DNA of 64,000 bases from Mayamaea pseudoterrestris (GCA_027923505.1 BROI01000006.1:930001-994000), one strand, 5' to 3'; counted from the first letter of the stretch, positions 11,954 to 25,506 are shown. The notes: a model not told the origin generated them from the sequence alone. Numbers and translations are program-made.

Positions 11954-12520
11954 GATTATAACTTACAACTAGGTTGACCTTTTCAAATATTCTTTGCTGG
12001 GGTTGCACACGATATACTTCAGGCGTCAAAATTGTATACCGTATGTATAAACGAGCCGCGACATTTTGGAATGCGCTTTTCACTTTGCCGATTGACGCTG
12101 CGAGTACCTACTACCGTATAGCTGGGCGGACAATGAAGTCAACTTTCATTCCATGCTAGTATGCTGCTCTAACAGTAAATCGAGATTTACATAGCTGCGC
12201 TATATCGACCACTTGGAGTGTCCGTATCACATTACATATCCATACTTTACTACTCCTACTCTGTACTACCGGTAGCAAATCAGTCGTATTCGTGCAACAA
12301 CGGTGGATTTCACGATCCGGGGATCGGGCCCGATGCACGGGCATAGATAATCTGGTTCAACAACAAAATGTCGTTTTGACTCAAGGGCAATTCATGGGAT
12401 CGTAGTCTCATTACTGCGAAGAACCGTCAGCGGTTCTGAAGCGTGCTGGACTTCATGCAGGAATGTGAATGAAAAACGAGCGCTCATTCACACTTTCCAG
12501 CTGCAGGGCTGCCGGTCACC

Positions 12521-13132
12521 ATGACGGCTGATCGACCTTCCGTAGTTGCTTCTCGGCGGCGCTGGCCCGCTAATACAGCTGTAACAGTCGATGTCCAGAG
12601 CAGTACTTTTTTCAACAGTTCTTTTTGTACGGGAAAGGGCTTGGAGCTCAAGTCTGCTTCGCATCAGGATTCCAAATCATCTACAGTCGCACCTGCATCC
12701 GATGGAGGTTCGGTCATGTACCACGACGAAACGCCGACAATCTTCCTTGATTTCTCCACTGCATCTCCGTCTTTTAAAAAGAAGGGTGTCGTCAGAGCCT
12801 TTCATTCCATTGTTTCGCCATTGGCAAATCCCGAGTTTGCGCCGCGGGTGCCTCGACGAATCCCGTCCTCGGACAGCAGCAACTTGTTTCTCAGTCAAAC
12901 GGCTCATGGAAGACTTGAACGAACAACGAAACGAAACGGACGGCCAAAGATTGATGCAGGTGCCTTACCAGCCGAGCTGGCGCTGGATAGCTTGAATGGC
13001 GATTCTCCGTCGCGACGCGGTAGTGGTGCGCCCCGTCGACCGGTTCGAAAACCGACGAACGAAAGCGAGCTGGAGCAGGTGGCTCGCGCTGCCACGAGAA
13101 TGGCGCAACTGAAACAAACTCAAAGCTGTTGA
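12521..13132 (+). CDS. Hypothetical low-complexity protein (203 aa)
   Basis: ATG in ACC-ATG context and an open frame of 203 codons. Two PxxPxR motifs (PRVPRR, PRRPVR). No recognisable domain. Confidence 0.5.
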   Translation: MTADRPSVVASRRRWPANTAVTVDVQSSTFFNSSFCTGKGLELKSASHQDSKSSTVAPASDGGSVMYHDETPTIFLDFSTASPSFKKKGVVRAFHSIVSPLANPEFAPRVPRRIPSSDSSNLFLSQTAHGRLERTTKRNGRPKIDAGALPAELALDSLNGDSPSRRGSGAPRRPVRKPTNESELEQVARAATRMAQLKQTQSC

Positions 13133-13426
13133 ACAGGAGTATGTGCAAGCGTCTTTGAATGTCAGATTCACACTGAAACTTTAGAATTCTTTCGGTCGAA
13201 AGAGGCCATGACCCACCATTCTACATCTTAATAAACTACATTCATCAGCAGTTATAATGCATCAGTTCAATGTTCTTGTATGCGTCTTTCATTGCACATC
13301 TTATAGCTTTAGCAGACGTTTGTAATCGCGCGTATTATGCAATACTCAGTAGCAGATTTTCCGGAAACAGGATAGCAAGTCTCCATTACCCTCTGCGACG
13401 AGGCGTTGCATAACAGTAAACTGCAA

Positions 13427-15568
13427 TCACTTAATACCTTGCGTCAACGCAGTATCCGCAATCGTCAGACCGTGATTATGCAGCTCTTGAATTTGCTCGT
13501 CTGTAATTCCAATCATGTGCGCCAAGTCTCGCATCGTTTCCGAGTTTGGGCGGCTCTTGTCGAATGAAACATTGCCTTCACCTCTCAAAGGCGATTGAAG
13601 TGCCATGCCAATGCCGTGTCCAACACCTTTGAAAATCTTGCTTGCCCGCCGAGCATTCTTGCGCGGGCTCACAATCGGCCCCATTGTGTGCTTCATGCCA
13701 TCGTACGCTCGACTCAAACCACCGCCGTCGCTCATGCGGCGAGACTGACGCCGAGGCTTTTCCGTGATTGGCGCTTCGTTTGTCATCTGGGCACACTCTG
13801 CCATGCTTGCATCATTACCAGCACTGGCACTCGCCCGACGGCGAAACAGGCGACGTTCAGAACCTGGTGAGACTTGAAACATTGAGCTCAACTTTGCGAC
13901 AGTCTTGGATCCCTTTGTCGACGCAGTGTTCATTGTTGTTTGTGATGCTCCAGAAGCTGGCGTCGAATAAAGACTTTGCTTGACCGACTTTGCCTCGGCT
14001 GGCAGCGTTTGCAACTGTGTGAAAGCTTTCCCGAGCGCATATTTGGGCAATTGTATGGTATCCAACTGAAATTCTTGCGATGGAAATCCGCCAACGGAAT
14101 GGCGCCGCTCAATTCCGCTAGTAGCTGTAGATTGTGTCTCAAATGCGTGTTCATCGGACATGTCCACCAATGCAGCTCCTGTGCTCGCCCTTCGGTGCCT
14201 CAATGGACCGTCGTGCTGATTTGCGGATGGTGGTGCCTGCACTGGCGAGTTGTCCGGCTTTGACGTGGTGGGTTGTTCGACAGGTTTCCGTGCTTTACTG
14301 GCAGCTGCTATCGTCTTCCCGGAAGTTTGTTTCACCGAAAATTTTCGCGCCGCACCATTGCTTGAAGTTCTATGCGGAGACAGAGAACGTCTCTTATTAG
14401 AGCTATCGTTACTGGAATCTCTGGACCGATTCATGCTGCTGCTGCGCCCTTGCTCGGGTTGTGACTCGAGGCGAATAGCCAAATTACTTTTCAGATCACC
14501 GGCGGACACTAATCGCTCTTTCTTCGATCCTGGGGACGAAGATGAAGGTCGTGGTGACGACGAAGCTGGATGACGGTGGTGGTGTCTCTGTGATCCATCG
14601 TGCTTGAGGACTGAGGAAGTGGTCGCCTGTTTTGATTTACGGAGAATGCCAGGCTTGGCCTTACCCGGTTGATCCGACGACAATGGCAATTTGTCCAATG
14701 TTTGTTTTGTATGCTTGACCCGTTGCTCCTGCGTCTCTAGGGTGGCTGGACTGCTTGCAGCAGTGGCGTTGCTGGATACAACCTGGACATGTTTCCGTCG
14801 CTCCGTAATCACCGGTAAGTGAGACAACGACTTTGCTCTCTTTCTAATAGACTGTACTTGCATATTTCGTTGACGATGCGGCGAAATTTTCGTGGTGTGC
14901 CGCCGAGGATGGCACGCATTGGTTTCGTTAGCTATCGTCTCGAGAGATTGGGATGTGAAAATGTTTTCCGTCGTTGCAATTGGTTCGACGGTAGCCTTCT
15001 TCCAATCTAGTTCCGAAAACTTTTTTAACTCGTCAGCGCATTCTACTTCATTAGGTTCCTCTTGCGTAACTCCATCCTCCAATCTATACTGAAACTCGGA
15101 GCTTGAGCCTTGGTTCGCGAAGGCAGGTGCCGACTGGATGGATCTGATTGACGTATGCAAATTCTCGAGTCTGCTTCCATTCAGTATGGCTAGCTCAATC
15201 CGATCAATTTCTGATTGAATCATTCCCAGCTTCAGTTCATTGTCTTGACAAAATGCTTCGGATAGAATCGAGCGCATCTCCTGCTCAGAAGCGCTGTTGT
15301 CAAACTTGCTGCTGAATCTCTGGTGGTAGGTGAGTGTACTTGCATTCGATTCATCTTTATGCTCGTTCGTTTCTTTTCGTCTCGATGGACTTGACTTTCG
15401 GGTATGCCTCGGAGTGGAGCCGTTGCGATGGGAAGGAGGGCTTCGCCGCCTTGGCGATCGAGCGACGGATGGGTCTTGTTGTTTCACGATCGTCGTCATT
15501 TTGAGTGAGTTGCTGGAAGATAATCTAGTCGCAGGCCATTTAGACTCGTCACTTTGGATGTAACTCAT
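13427..15568 (-). CDS. Ser/Arg-rich low-complexity protein, clustered family member 1
   Basis: 713-codon intronless ORF. C-terminal GITDEQIQELHNHGLTIAD matches four other genes in the window. Confidence 0.82.
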   Translation of the reverse strand: MSYIQSDESKWPATRLSSSNSLKMTTIVKQQDPSVARSPRRRSPPSHRNGSTPRHTRKSSPSRRKETNEHKDESNASTLTYHQRFSSKFDNSASEQEMRSILSEAFCQDNELKLGMIQSEIDRIELAILNGSRLENLHTSIRSIQSAPAFANQGSSSEFQYRLEDGVTQEEPNEVECADELKKFSELDWKKATVEPIATTENIFTSQSLETIANETNACHPRRHTTKISPHRQRNMQVQSIRKRAKSLSHLPVITERRKHVQVVSSNATAASSPATLETQEQRVKHTKQTLDKLPLSSDQPGKAKPGILRKSKQATTSSVLKHDGSQRHHHRHPASSSPRPSSSSPGSKKERLVSAGDLKSNLAIRLESQPEQGRSSSMNRSRDSSNDSSNKRRSLSPHRTSSNGAARKFSVKQTSGKTIAAASKARKPVEQPTTSKPDNSPVQAPPSANQHDGPLRHRRASTGAALVDMSDEHAFETQSTATSGIERRHSVGGFPSQEFQLDTIQLPKYALGKAFTQLQTLPAEAKSVKQSLYSTPASGASQTTMNTASTKGSKTVAKLSSMFQVSPGSERRLFRRRASASAGNDASMAECAQMTNEAPITEKPRRQSRRMSDGGGLSRAYDGMKHTMGPIVSPRKNARRASKIFKGVGHGIGMALQSPLRGEGNVSFDKSRPNSETMRDLAHMIGITDEQIQELHNHGLTIADTALTQGIK

Positions 15569-16135
15569 CAATCAGAAAGCGAGCGAGCTGAGTATGGAGC
15601 TGATGTGCATCAGCAGTTGTCCGCAAGCACCGAGAGTGACAGCTTTGATCGTGAGGTTACAGCGACATTCGTCGAGCGATTAGTGCTGGCCAAAGGTTTT
15701 GCAAGACCCAATTGTTCTACCGGCGATCGTGAAATGACTCCACAGAAGATGAATCGAGTACTGTTATGTCTATAGTAATGACTCCTCGATGCGTGTCGCG
15801 TCAATTCGGATTGTTCTCTTAGCTACCGTAGGAGTATGCATAATATCATATGATGCTTTACTCATCCCAATAGCAAGAGGTTGCTGGTCCCATAGGCGGG
15901 CAACTGTGCCGTCAAGAACCGTGATTGGCTAACTGTAAGGTAGATGGAGTTCTAAAGCATCGACTGTCATTACATTTGTTCTTGACAACTTGCCATGGCT
16001 ATAACAACAAGGAACAAAGAACAGAATGAACAACTAGAATAAACATCATTTACCGCAAAATGGCCTGCATGCATGTATGCATTAATAAACCCTATACTAT
16101 TTGTTTTTGCTCATGCATCAAAGTCTGCTTTGTCC

Positions 16136-17134
<999 letters not shown>

Positions 17135-17559
17135 GATGGAGTCTTGAGCGAAGAACGATGTATTATAGAGCAAGGCAAGGCTGTCGACGGTTCCTCTACA
17201 GTTGTTACGGTATGTCGGATGGTGCGAAGCCTCGCAAGGATCCTCGTGGAACGAGTTGCGCGCGTGTCGAAGATCGCGGCTGAACCCTAACTTATCGAGA
17301 TGACTACGAAATTGGATAGCGACATACTTTATCGCGCGTTAGCTATCTCATATTTACTTTAATTTACAGCTCACATGCATCTTATAACACATTTTGCGGG
17401 TCAGGGAGGTGGTAGGATCAAGGGTTTTACAATGCCTGCAATGACTTTTGCGCGCTTCGTGCGCACAAACATTGCCGAACAGCAGATCCAGTATACTAAA
17501 TGAAAATTGACTACCAGTGGCCCAGGTAGAAGATGTCGCAGAAGCACCAATCATTTATG

Positions 17560-18993
17560 ATCCCCATCATTTGAAGCATTCCCAACTTTTATTAAACTTT
17601 TGCTAAGGTCAACCAAACTCTACAACCTTGGCGGTCATGCAAATCATTCAGGTTTAAGGAATAGACATGCTAGCTTCCACATAGCTAAATATCCTGTACA
17701 TCCAAACACCACAACATCAGGCATCCCCATCAATAACAAACATTGCCACCATATACCAAAGCATCAATGAGGCCAACAAACCCAAACAAACCTAGCAAGC
17801 TCAAGTTTTGGGAAAACCGTGGGAGTAGATGGGCCAAATAGAGCAACAGCGCAGTCTATGAAACCGAACCAATTAAACGGTGGCTTTGAATGTCATATTA
17901 GCCATTGCCACCTTTTGACAAGATATACGTAAAGCACTATGAAACATTCAATGTTGGACAACTCATGTTTTCCTGGCAAAACAGGAGTAGATACGCTGTA
18001 TTTTATGCGACTGTTGTCACACAGCAGCAGCGACTGCATCCACATAACTTTGGCCATCCCCATCATGTGAAGCATTCCCACCTTTCAAAAAGCTTTTGGT
18101 AAGGTCAATCAACCTCTACAACCTTGGCGGTCATGCAAATCCTTCAAGTTTTGGGAGTAGACATGCTAGCTTCCACATAGCTAAGTATCCCGTACGTCGC
18201 CACACCACACCACCATGTCCGCTGGGCATCCCCATCAATTACCAACATATCCACTGCGGGCCAAACTATCAATGAAGCCTAAAAACCAAACAAACCTGGC
18301 AAGCTCAAGTTTTGGGAAAGCTGTTGGAGTAGATGGGCTAGATAGAACAACAGCACAGTCTTTGAATCCAAATCTATCAAACCATGGCTCTGTTTGTCAT
18401 TTTAGCCAGTGCCACCTTTTGACAAGGTATACGTGAGGTACAATGACACATTCGATGTTGGACAACTCATGTGTTCCTGGCAAAACAGGAGTAGATACGC
18501 TGCATTTTGTGCAACTGTATGTCACACAGCAGCAGCGGCCGCATCCACAGAACTTTGGCCATCCCCATCATGTGAAGCATTCCCACCTTTCAAAAAGCTT
18601 TTGGTATGGTCAATCAACCTCTACAACCTTGGCGGTCATGCAAATCCTTCAAGTTTTGGGAGTAGACATGCTAGCTTCCACATAGCTAAGTATCCCGTGC
18701 GTCGCCACACCACACCACACCACCAGGTCCGCTGGGCATCCCCATCAATTACCAACATAGCCACCATGGGCCAAGCTATCAATGAGGCCTAAAAAACAAA
18801 CTTACCTGGCAAGCTCAAGTTTTGGGAAAGTGTGGGAGTAGATGGGCCAAATAGAACAACAGCGCAGTCTATGAATCCAAACCAATCAAACTATGGCTCT
18901 GATTGTCAATTTAGCCAGTGCCACCTTTCAACAAGGTATATGTGAGGTACTATGACACATTCAATCTTGGACAACTCATGTGTTCCTGGCAAA
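17560..18993. repeat. Tandem repeat, about 500-510-bp unit, about 2.8 copies
   Basis: CCATCATGTGAAGCATTCCCA-like anchor near 17563, 18060 and 18566; GGACAACTCATG at about 17956, 18460 and 18970. Confidence 0.9.
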
Positions 18994-19807
18994 CTTGGGG
19001 TGTTGGACATACCCATAGTGTAGACCATTCCATGGCGTAGGCTTCCGGGCAGTCTTTTTTGCACCGTTTGAGACTATGCTCGTGGCAATGGCACTCCCTG
19101 GAAAGGTTTTGCCTGATTCATTGGGTTTTTGATGGTTTGGCATCCAGGCAGCCCCTTTTGCACCTTTTTTGAGTCTATTCTCATGTATGTCCATTGTAAA
19201 GCTTTGAAGCCAGACCCCCACAGCAAAGTTATTTCACTGTTCCTTGCGGAGTGCCTAAGATGTAGGTCCTAAGTGAGTCTGAGCTTGCATCTTGTCCAAT
19301 ATCAAGCATTTATGTGTTACCTTGCACAAACTGATGTTGATCTGCTCTATACTATGATAAGACATCGGGAAGTAGCAGCAGCACCATTGTCACATCGTTC
19401 TACTGGTACACTCTACAGTAGTGACATGCGAAGGGTGGGGCAGTGCCACCGACCGTCAGGTCAGCTTATTTGTCTGCTAATGGTCGAAGCACGTGTGGAG
19501 CAGCACAGGAAGAGATTTGGAGACAATGTGTTGGCTTGCCTCTTGTTCAGATCGGACTTGCTTGGAAATAAACGCAGTTACTAAATTATAGTGTCATCAA
19601 TAATAATGTCAACTAGTTATATATGTGTACTAGAGAGAGAGATGAGAGAGTTTATGTCTTGTGTTTTGTACAGGCGCATTTGTGCAAGGGTCGCGCAGAA
19701 AATGTCGCACGAGGGGTGTCCTCGTCGTTTTGGAATTTTTTAGATTATGTGCATGGCTGGCCGATGAAGGAGTGTATGTAGTTTTCATCAGCTTGGCTTT
19801 GTTCAAG

Positions 19808-21565
19808 CTACTTGTGCATTTTGGAAAAGGCAAAGATAGTGCCGCGGTGACCTTGGACAATCCGCATGGTTTCGTCAACGTAGAGAGTATCAACATAGGC
19901 CGTTCCGTGACCACCAATCGGACGCGTAAAGGTGTACTCCATGCTGCCATCCTCATTCATGTCCGTCGGCATGGTTGCTCCCATGAGCAACTTGACGGCA
20001 AGAAACTTGGCTTGCTCGGAAAGAGACTTGACTGGTGGATGGACGGCAAAGAGTTGCTTCCAGTTGGCTTGATCGGCTGGATCGTTATTTGGCTCGATGC
20101 GTCCGCCCGTAATCCAAACCGATTGCCTTGATGGGACCTTGGGATCGGGTAGCGTGTAGCCATATGTAGTCATGATCCCCTTGATAGGTCGGTGCACATC
20201 CTTGTTGGGAGCGTTGCCTTCCGGTGAGTCGCACTCAATGGTAAAGGCGGTAACGATGCTGTTAAACAAACAAGAAAAAATGGTGCAGTGTAAGCGAAAA
20301 TGTTGCGTGGAGTATCATATGCATCACCCGCAGTGTAACACTTACTTGTACGTTTGCAACAAAGCATCACCTTGATCCACCTCGTCCTTCAAGCTCTTTG
20401 GAACAATCAAGTGAGCATCCTGCGAGCGCTCATCCGCACCAACGTCATGCACTTGGTTGAAAGAACCCTGCAAGCTGCAAACCAAGCTTGTCGGTGAAAA
20501 CATGTCAAAGGACATGCGTCCCAATGTATACAACGGATCGCCTTGATCGGTTTCTCCAAGGCAGCCAAAGAAGAGTGGCTTGGTGAGCGACAACCACATT
20601 CCCTTGCTTGCCTGTACTTCAGAATGCGGCGAGGATGCTTGCGCCGTGGCGGCATAGTGCTGCTTCAAAAAGTCGAGACAGCTGGAAAGTTCCGCATTGT
20701 CGACAGTTTCGCCGCGCGTACTTGCCAGCGCCTTTAGCACGCCATCATGTGCGTCTCGCACTGCAATCTGAATGCTAGTGGAAAAAGTTGGTTGGCGAAT
20801 GAGTATATGTGATGGAGCTTGATGCTGCTGCTGCTGCTCGGGAAGAATCAAGTGAACGCTTCGCTGCTGCGTCTGGCTCGGTCCAGAGTCAACGCTCGAG
20901 TTGGCCGATGGAAGCGAGAGGGGCGAAAGAGTGGCGTTATCCTGGCGCGGCATCACGTCAGCTGGAATCACGTGAACATGCTGCGTCTGTAACTGCTGTT
21001 GCGGCTGAGGACGCTGCACGCGAACGGCAATGGGTCGAACCAGATGGGGTCGATGAGAAGCTTGCTGTTGCTGCTGCTGCTCTGGCTGATGCGAATCCAC
21101 ATGATTCTTGCGCTTGTTTTGATAATGATTTTCTCGCCGGCTTCGCTCCTGCAATACCATCATGATGGATCCTTCGTCATGCCCATGTTCTTGCTCTTCC
21201 TCCTCCATGTGCTCTGGTGATGGATTGCGGGCGCCGCTGGATCGATCCGGAAGACCCGCCATGGGGTGCCACTTTTCGTTCCATGCGTGTGCATCGACAA
21301 CGCCTTGATGAATGTGCGTTCCAACTCTCTGCTCGTAGGCAAGCTGATACAGATCACCAGCCGCTGCTGATACTTTGACCGCAACGGGACGATGAAGAAT
21401 CGCCGGCGGCGATGCAATCGCTTCGGTTTCCTGGTAGTCGACGAGCACCAGTGCGGGTCGAGGTGCAGACGCTGCTGCAAGTTCGCTCTGCGTGGGTACA
21501 TCCTTTGCCGCATCGGACCAGGCCATTCTCCGCTTGCTCGAGGGAATAATCGAGTCCTCGTTCAT
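19808..21565 (-). CDS. Uncharacterised protein with a Gln-rich N-terminus and a C-terminal PAP/fibrillin-like domain, 2 exons (21565-20346, 20258-19808)
   Basis: GTAAG...CAG intron at 20345-20259 joins LLQTY-N-IVTAF in frame. C-terminal DTLYVDETMRIVQGHRGTIFAF resembles the fibrillin YLDxxLRIxRG signature (by eye). Confidence 0.72.
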
Positions 21566-22280
21566 GGTAGCTTGTATGTTGTGGCGCTATAAATAGTATT
21601 CGCAAGCTTGTATAATAACGATGAGCAAGAGGGCGCTGACGAAACGGTTTTGCTGCCGCGGCGATGCAACCGCCTTGAAGCTAGACTCGGGTGCTGACGG
21701 ACAATCCTCTCGCTCTCCTTTCGGTAATCAGTGAGGGAATGAAGAACAAGCTATGGGCTGTAGATAGATAGCCCCATTGTCAAGCTAGCAGATGGTTTAC
21801 TTGACGCAAGTGTAATGCGAGTGCGTGCGCTCCGAGCCACCAAAGGAAGAGCCGCCGAACGTGAGTGCCATCAAGCCTTGACATCCGATTGAACGACTCA
21901 GCGGCGCTCGATAACGTGATCTACTCGCGGACTCAACGCTTCCAAGTAATGTGGACGAGGCTTTTCAAACGCCATTGAGTACTTCAACGCTTCGGGGTAA
22001 TTCGGGTGGGGCAACGATAGAAACGAGGCATGGCCAGTCAGTGACGTACATCTTGGCTTATATAAATCGGAGAGGCATATCACAATGCCTCATAGTTCGG
22101 TAGTTTCGCCGCCGGCTGGAGACTCCGCGTCAGAATGACCATCTCTAATCGCGGATGAAAACACCTACGTGGGTACTTTGTGACGTATAGTTGGTTTGAA
22201 ATTCTATTCTAATGACGTACGTGAGTGATATTTTTGACGGCTAAAAATGTCATGGTAATCACGCCACGTGGGTGTATAGG

Positions 22281-22488
22281 CAATTTGGGTGCGCCATAGT
22301 CGACCGAAATATCGTGTAAGACTCGGATTGGAATATCGAGTCTTGTACACGAAGAGTCTTGCGAGCGGCAGGCTCGGATGTCGAGTAGTGTAATAGTCTC
22401 ACAATTTGGCTCGGATCTCTACGAGATCGAGTGTTGTCACACAATACAAATATACCGTATTCTCGTACACTACGACGTATATTTATTG
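22281..22488 (+). repeat. 5' LTR
   Basis: CAATTTGGGT...ATTTATTG, identical to 30010-30217. Confidence 0.93.
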
Positions 22489-23056
22489 GTTTATCAGCTA
22501 CCCATAGAACACTACACTTGTGTATGTTGCAAAGTTGGGCTTTACCATTGTCGGTACGCGCCAGGGATGGCAGGTAGAAAGAATATCCGATGCAATCAGA
22601 TGGACTTGATAGTAGCATCGCTCATACTGGAGGATCCATGGACGTGATCGCACGGTTCGTTCCCTTCATTAATGTCAGCTCATCCGGCTGAGTGATACCG
22701 CACGAGGTATTAATGGCAGAGCAAATATTGCGCGCGATGGACAGCGCAGCAGATCCTTTGGCCGTGCGCAAGGAAATCCATGTTGTTGCGCTTGAGACAG
22801 CGAACTCTCACTTGAACAATGAGTATCGGAGACATGGTGGCCAGGGCCTGACCCCGATGACGGCAATGCTGGTCGGCGGACGTTCGCGTCGCCAATAAAT
22901 GACTGAGATAAGTACAGAGATCGCACTCGTCGTACTAGTCAATCCGAGCGAATCGCGACAATGATGAGCGGCGTGCAAGTGCGCGTGCGCGACATGCATG
23001 ACTACGGACGAGAGTCAGTGCGTGAAAAGTCTGTGAATGAAAATGTGTCGCTAACA

Positions 23057-23656
23057 TTAGATTGCTCTATTGTAAGCGTTCATTGCAGCAATGTATCCTC
23101 TGGAATAATCCTTTTTGCCAGGAGGAATGACATAATGCAAGCCTCGGTACCCAGAGTCCAGGCTGTCCTGACTCTCTGACATCATCACAGAGTAGGGCGC
23201 GGAAGTGTCGTCGGAGTCGCTTGAACACGATAGCACTGCAGGATAATCATGAAGTTGATGGAACTGGCGCAAGCAATAGTCTCGGCACGTGAACTCGATG
23301 TTCCACGCAGCGAAGAAATAGTACTTGTTTGGGCCTTGTCCGTAAGGAAAGATAGCGCCGACGAGAACATTGTCGAATTTCTCCACGCCAGGGCGATGAC
23401 AGCTTGGTTCCAGAATCAACGAACGCGGAGGCGTCTTGTTCGCTTCGGCAACATCGAACATGAGTTCTTGGCAGTTGCGTCGCATGATCAGAATAGCGCC
23501 GTCCAACATTCCGAGTTCCTTGAGTGCAGCCTTAAGGGCGTCTTGGCTTTCGAATGGTTCGAAGGGGACGCGGCCCGTCTTGCTTGCCATGATGGCACGG
23601 GTGGACCTGTTGTGAAGTATCGAATTAACGCACGACATTCTTTCGCTGGCTCTCAT
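23057..23656 (-). CDS. Antisense extra ORF inside the retrotransposon leader (199 aa, or 177 aa from ATG 23590), unknown function
   Basis: ATG-initiated uninterrupted frame with globular-looking composition, lying between the 5' LTR and gag. Confidence 0.55.
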   Translation of the reverse strand: MRASERMSCVNSILHNRSTRAIMASKTGRVPFEPFESQDALKAALKELGMLDGAILIMRRNCQELMFDVAEANKTPPRSLILEPSCHRPGVEKFDNVLVGAIFPYGQGPNKYYFFAAWNIEFTCRDYCLRQFHQLHDYPAVLSCSSDSDDTSAPYSVMMSESQDSLDSGYRGLHYVIPPGKKDYSRGYIAAMNAYNRAI

Positions 23657-24036
23657 TTAATGAGAAAGAATTGTGTGGCGAATTCTCGGGCACGAAAACT
23701 TCAACGGTCGAAACGGTGTCGTTGGAATGACGTCGCCTGGCGTTGAACGCGAGGTGCGACGCGCGGTGCACGCACCGCGCACCGTAACGGGTGTGTCGCG
23801 CACCGAATAATTTCAAAACGCACGCGCGACAAGACTTAAGCTAAGTACACTCGTGGCGAATAAATGACTCAACTGCTACCGTTGAATCATGCCAAACTGC
23901 GCGTTGACACATGTGCACATTCGTTACACTCACAAATTTGCTGATCGTCTCGACAGATCGATCGTGTCAACGAAGCCGCACGCGCCATACCAAGAAATTA
24001 CCCTATACTACCATATAAGCCCAAGACACTTCTAAA

Positions 24037-25506
24037 ATGGCCCAAGTCATGAACAACGAACTCATTAACTACTTGCTACCGTTAGGCTTTACTGTGGACC
24101 AGATGTTTGCGATTGGTCGTCAAGGAGTTCTCTCGTTCGAGGGACTCAAGATCTTCGATGACAAGGCTATCGATTCGGTCGCAGCTGGATGCAAGAACCC
24201 TGGAGGAACTTCTGTGAATGCCGCTGGGGCCACGATACGTGATCCTGGAGTGTTGCTTCCGGTTCCATTTATCCTGACGCTGAAGGCGCTCGCATATGGC
24301 TTACGTCATTGCGACAAGACACAAGTCGTCTTCAATCCGATCATTCACGGGGCGGCATGGCTTAACTCGCTCATGCACTTTAGAACGTTTATCATCAAGG
24401 CCTACACGGCTCCAACGGACAAGCCGGCGAAGATGACGAAGGTGACGCTTATCCGCGATTCATTTGACGCGATCATCTTGTACTTGTCAACTTTGCGCGG
24501 CGTTGGCGAAACGTTTCTTGCATACGTCGTTCGCGACGAGTATGACCCTGAACCGGAACCAATCGGAGGTTGGTTGTCGTTGGACAAGGAGATGATTGCT
24601 AGAGCACCACTGCAAGGACCATTGTATGAGGCCGACAATCAATCTGTCTATCTGATCTTGAAGAGTGTGTTTGGTGGAACCGACGCTTACTCTTGGATGA
24701 TGGCTCATGAACGGGCTGGCGACGGTCGCGGAGCTTATCGCAGCGTCTACGATCATTACATGTCGATATCCAGTCGTTCGGCCACAAGACAGAAAGCGGA
24801 AGCGACGATTCGTTCGCTTGTCTACAGTAACGAAAACAAAATGACGTTTGAGCAGTACGTGTCGAAACTCCAGCTTGCGCATACTGACCTTGAAAGAGAG
24901 GGACATCCGATGAGTGATGACGACAGAGTCTTACATCTCAACACTGGGATTTTGAGCGACGTGTTGTCGGCGGCGAAGCACAGCCACACTTTGGATGAAG
25001 CAAGAGAGCCGGATGACCGTACTTTGGACACTTTTGATAAAGTTGTCAGCTTTTACCAGTCCATTATCTCCAAGCACCTGGCGAGTTCTGCAACTGCAGC
25101 GAAGCGTCGCAACGTTTCGTGGGCAGGAACTACGCATGAAGGCGGAGGCCGCGGAGGCGGTGGGCGCGGCGGACGTGGAGGCCGAGGCGGACGTGGCGGA
25201 AGAGGCCGCGGCGCCGGCAGAAACGTGCCAGCAGCCGAATGGAATAAGCTCAGCCATGAGCAGAAGGCCAAGGTCATTAGTGATCGCAAGAAGAAGCAGA
25301 AGACTGGCAATGGTAGTGGTGGTGGCGGTGCTGGCGGAACTCAAGGAGCAGGCAGCTACAATTCCCAAATTGCTGCGCTCAACTCCTCGATGCTCCAAGT
25401 CCAGCAGCAGCTTGCGGAGCGTGCTGAAGGGACGGATGAAGCGCCTCCTGCGGGAGGCGGCGGCAGTGGTACGCAGCTTGGCGCAGCCATGGGCGGACGC
25501 CGTTGA
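24037..25506 (+). CDS. gag: Retrotransposon Gag
   Basis: Position upstream of pol, copia-Gag-like motifs (LAYVVR, DGRGAY, FEQYVSKL), an RGG-rich tract and EWNKLSHEQK. Confidence 0.87.
   Translation: MAQVMNNELINYLLPLGFTVDQMFAIGRQGVLSFEGLKIFDDKAIDSVAAGCKNPGGTSVNAAGATIRDPGVLLPVPFILTLKALAYGLRHCDKTQVVFNPIIHGAAWLNSLMHFRTFIIKAYTAPTDKPAKMTKVTLIRDSFDAIILYLSTLRGVGETFLAYVVRDEYDPEPEPIGGWLSLDKEMIARAPLQGPLYEADNQSVYLILKSVFGGTDAYSWMMAHERAGDGRGAYRSVYDHYMSISSRSATRQKAEATIRSLVYSNENKMTFEQYVSKLQLAHTDLEREGHPMSDDDRVLHLNTGILSDVLSAAKHSHTLDEAREPDDRTLDTFDKVVSFYQSIISKHLASSATAAKRRNVSWAGTTHEGGGRGGGGRGGRGGRGGRGGRGRGAGRNVPAAEWNKLSHEQKAKVISDRKKKQKTGNGSGGGGAGGTQGAGSYNSQIAALNSSMLQVQQQLAERAEGTDEAPPAGGGGSGTQLGAAMGGRR

Noticed and set aside
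19000..19620. Possible decayed transposon or gene next to the 506-bp repeat
   Set aside because: No recognisable motifs, terminal repeats or credible ORF.
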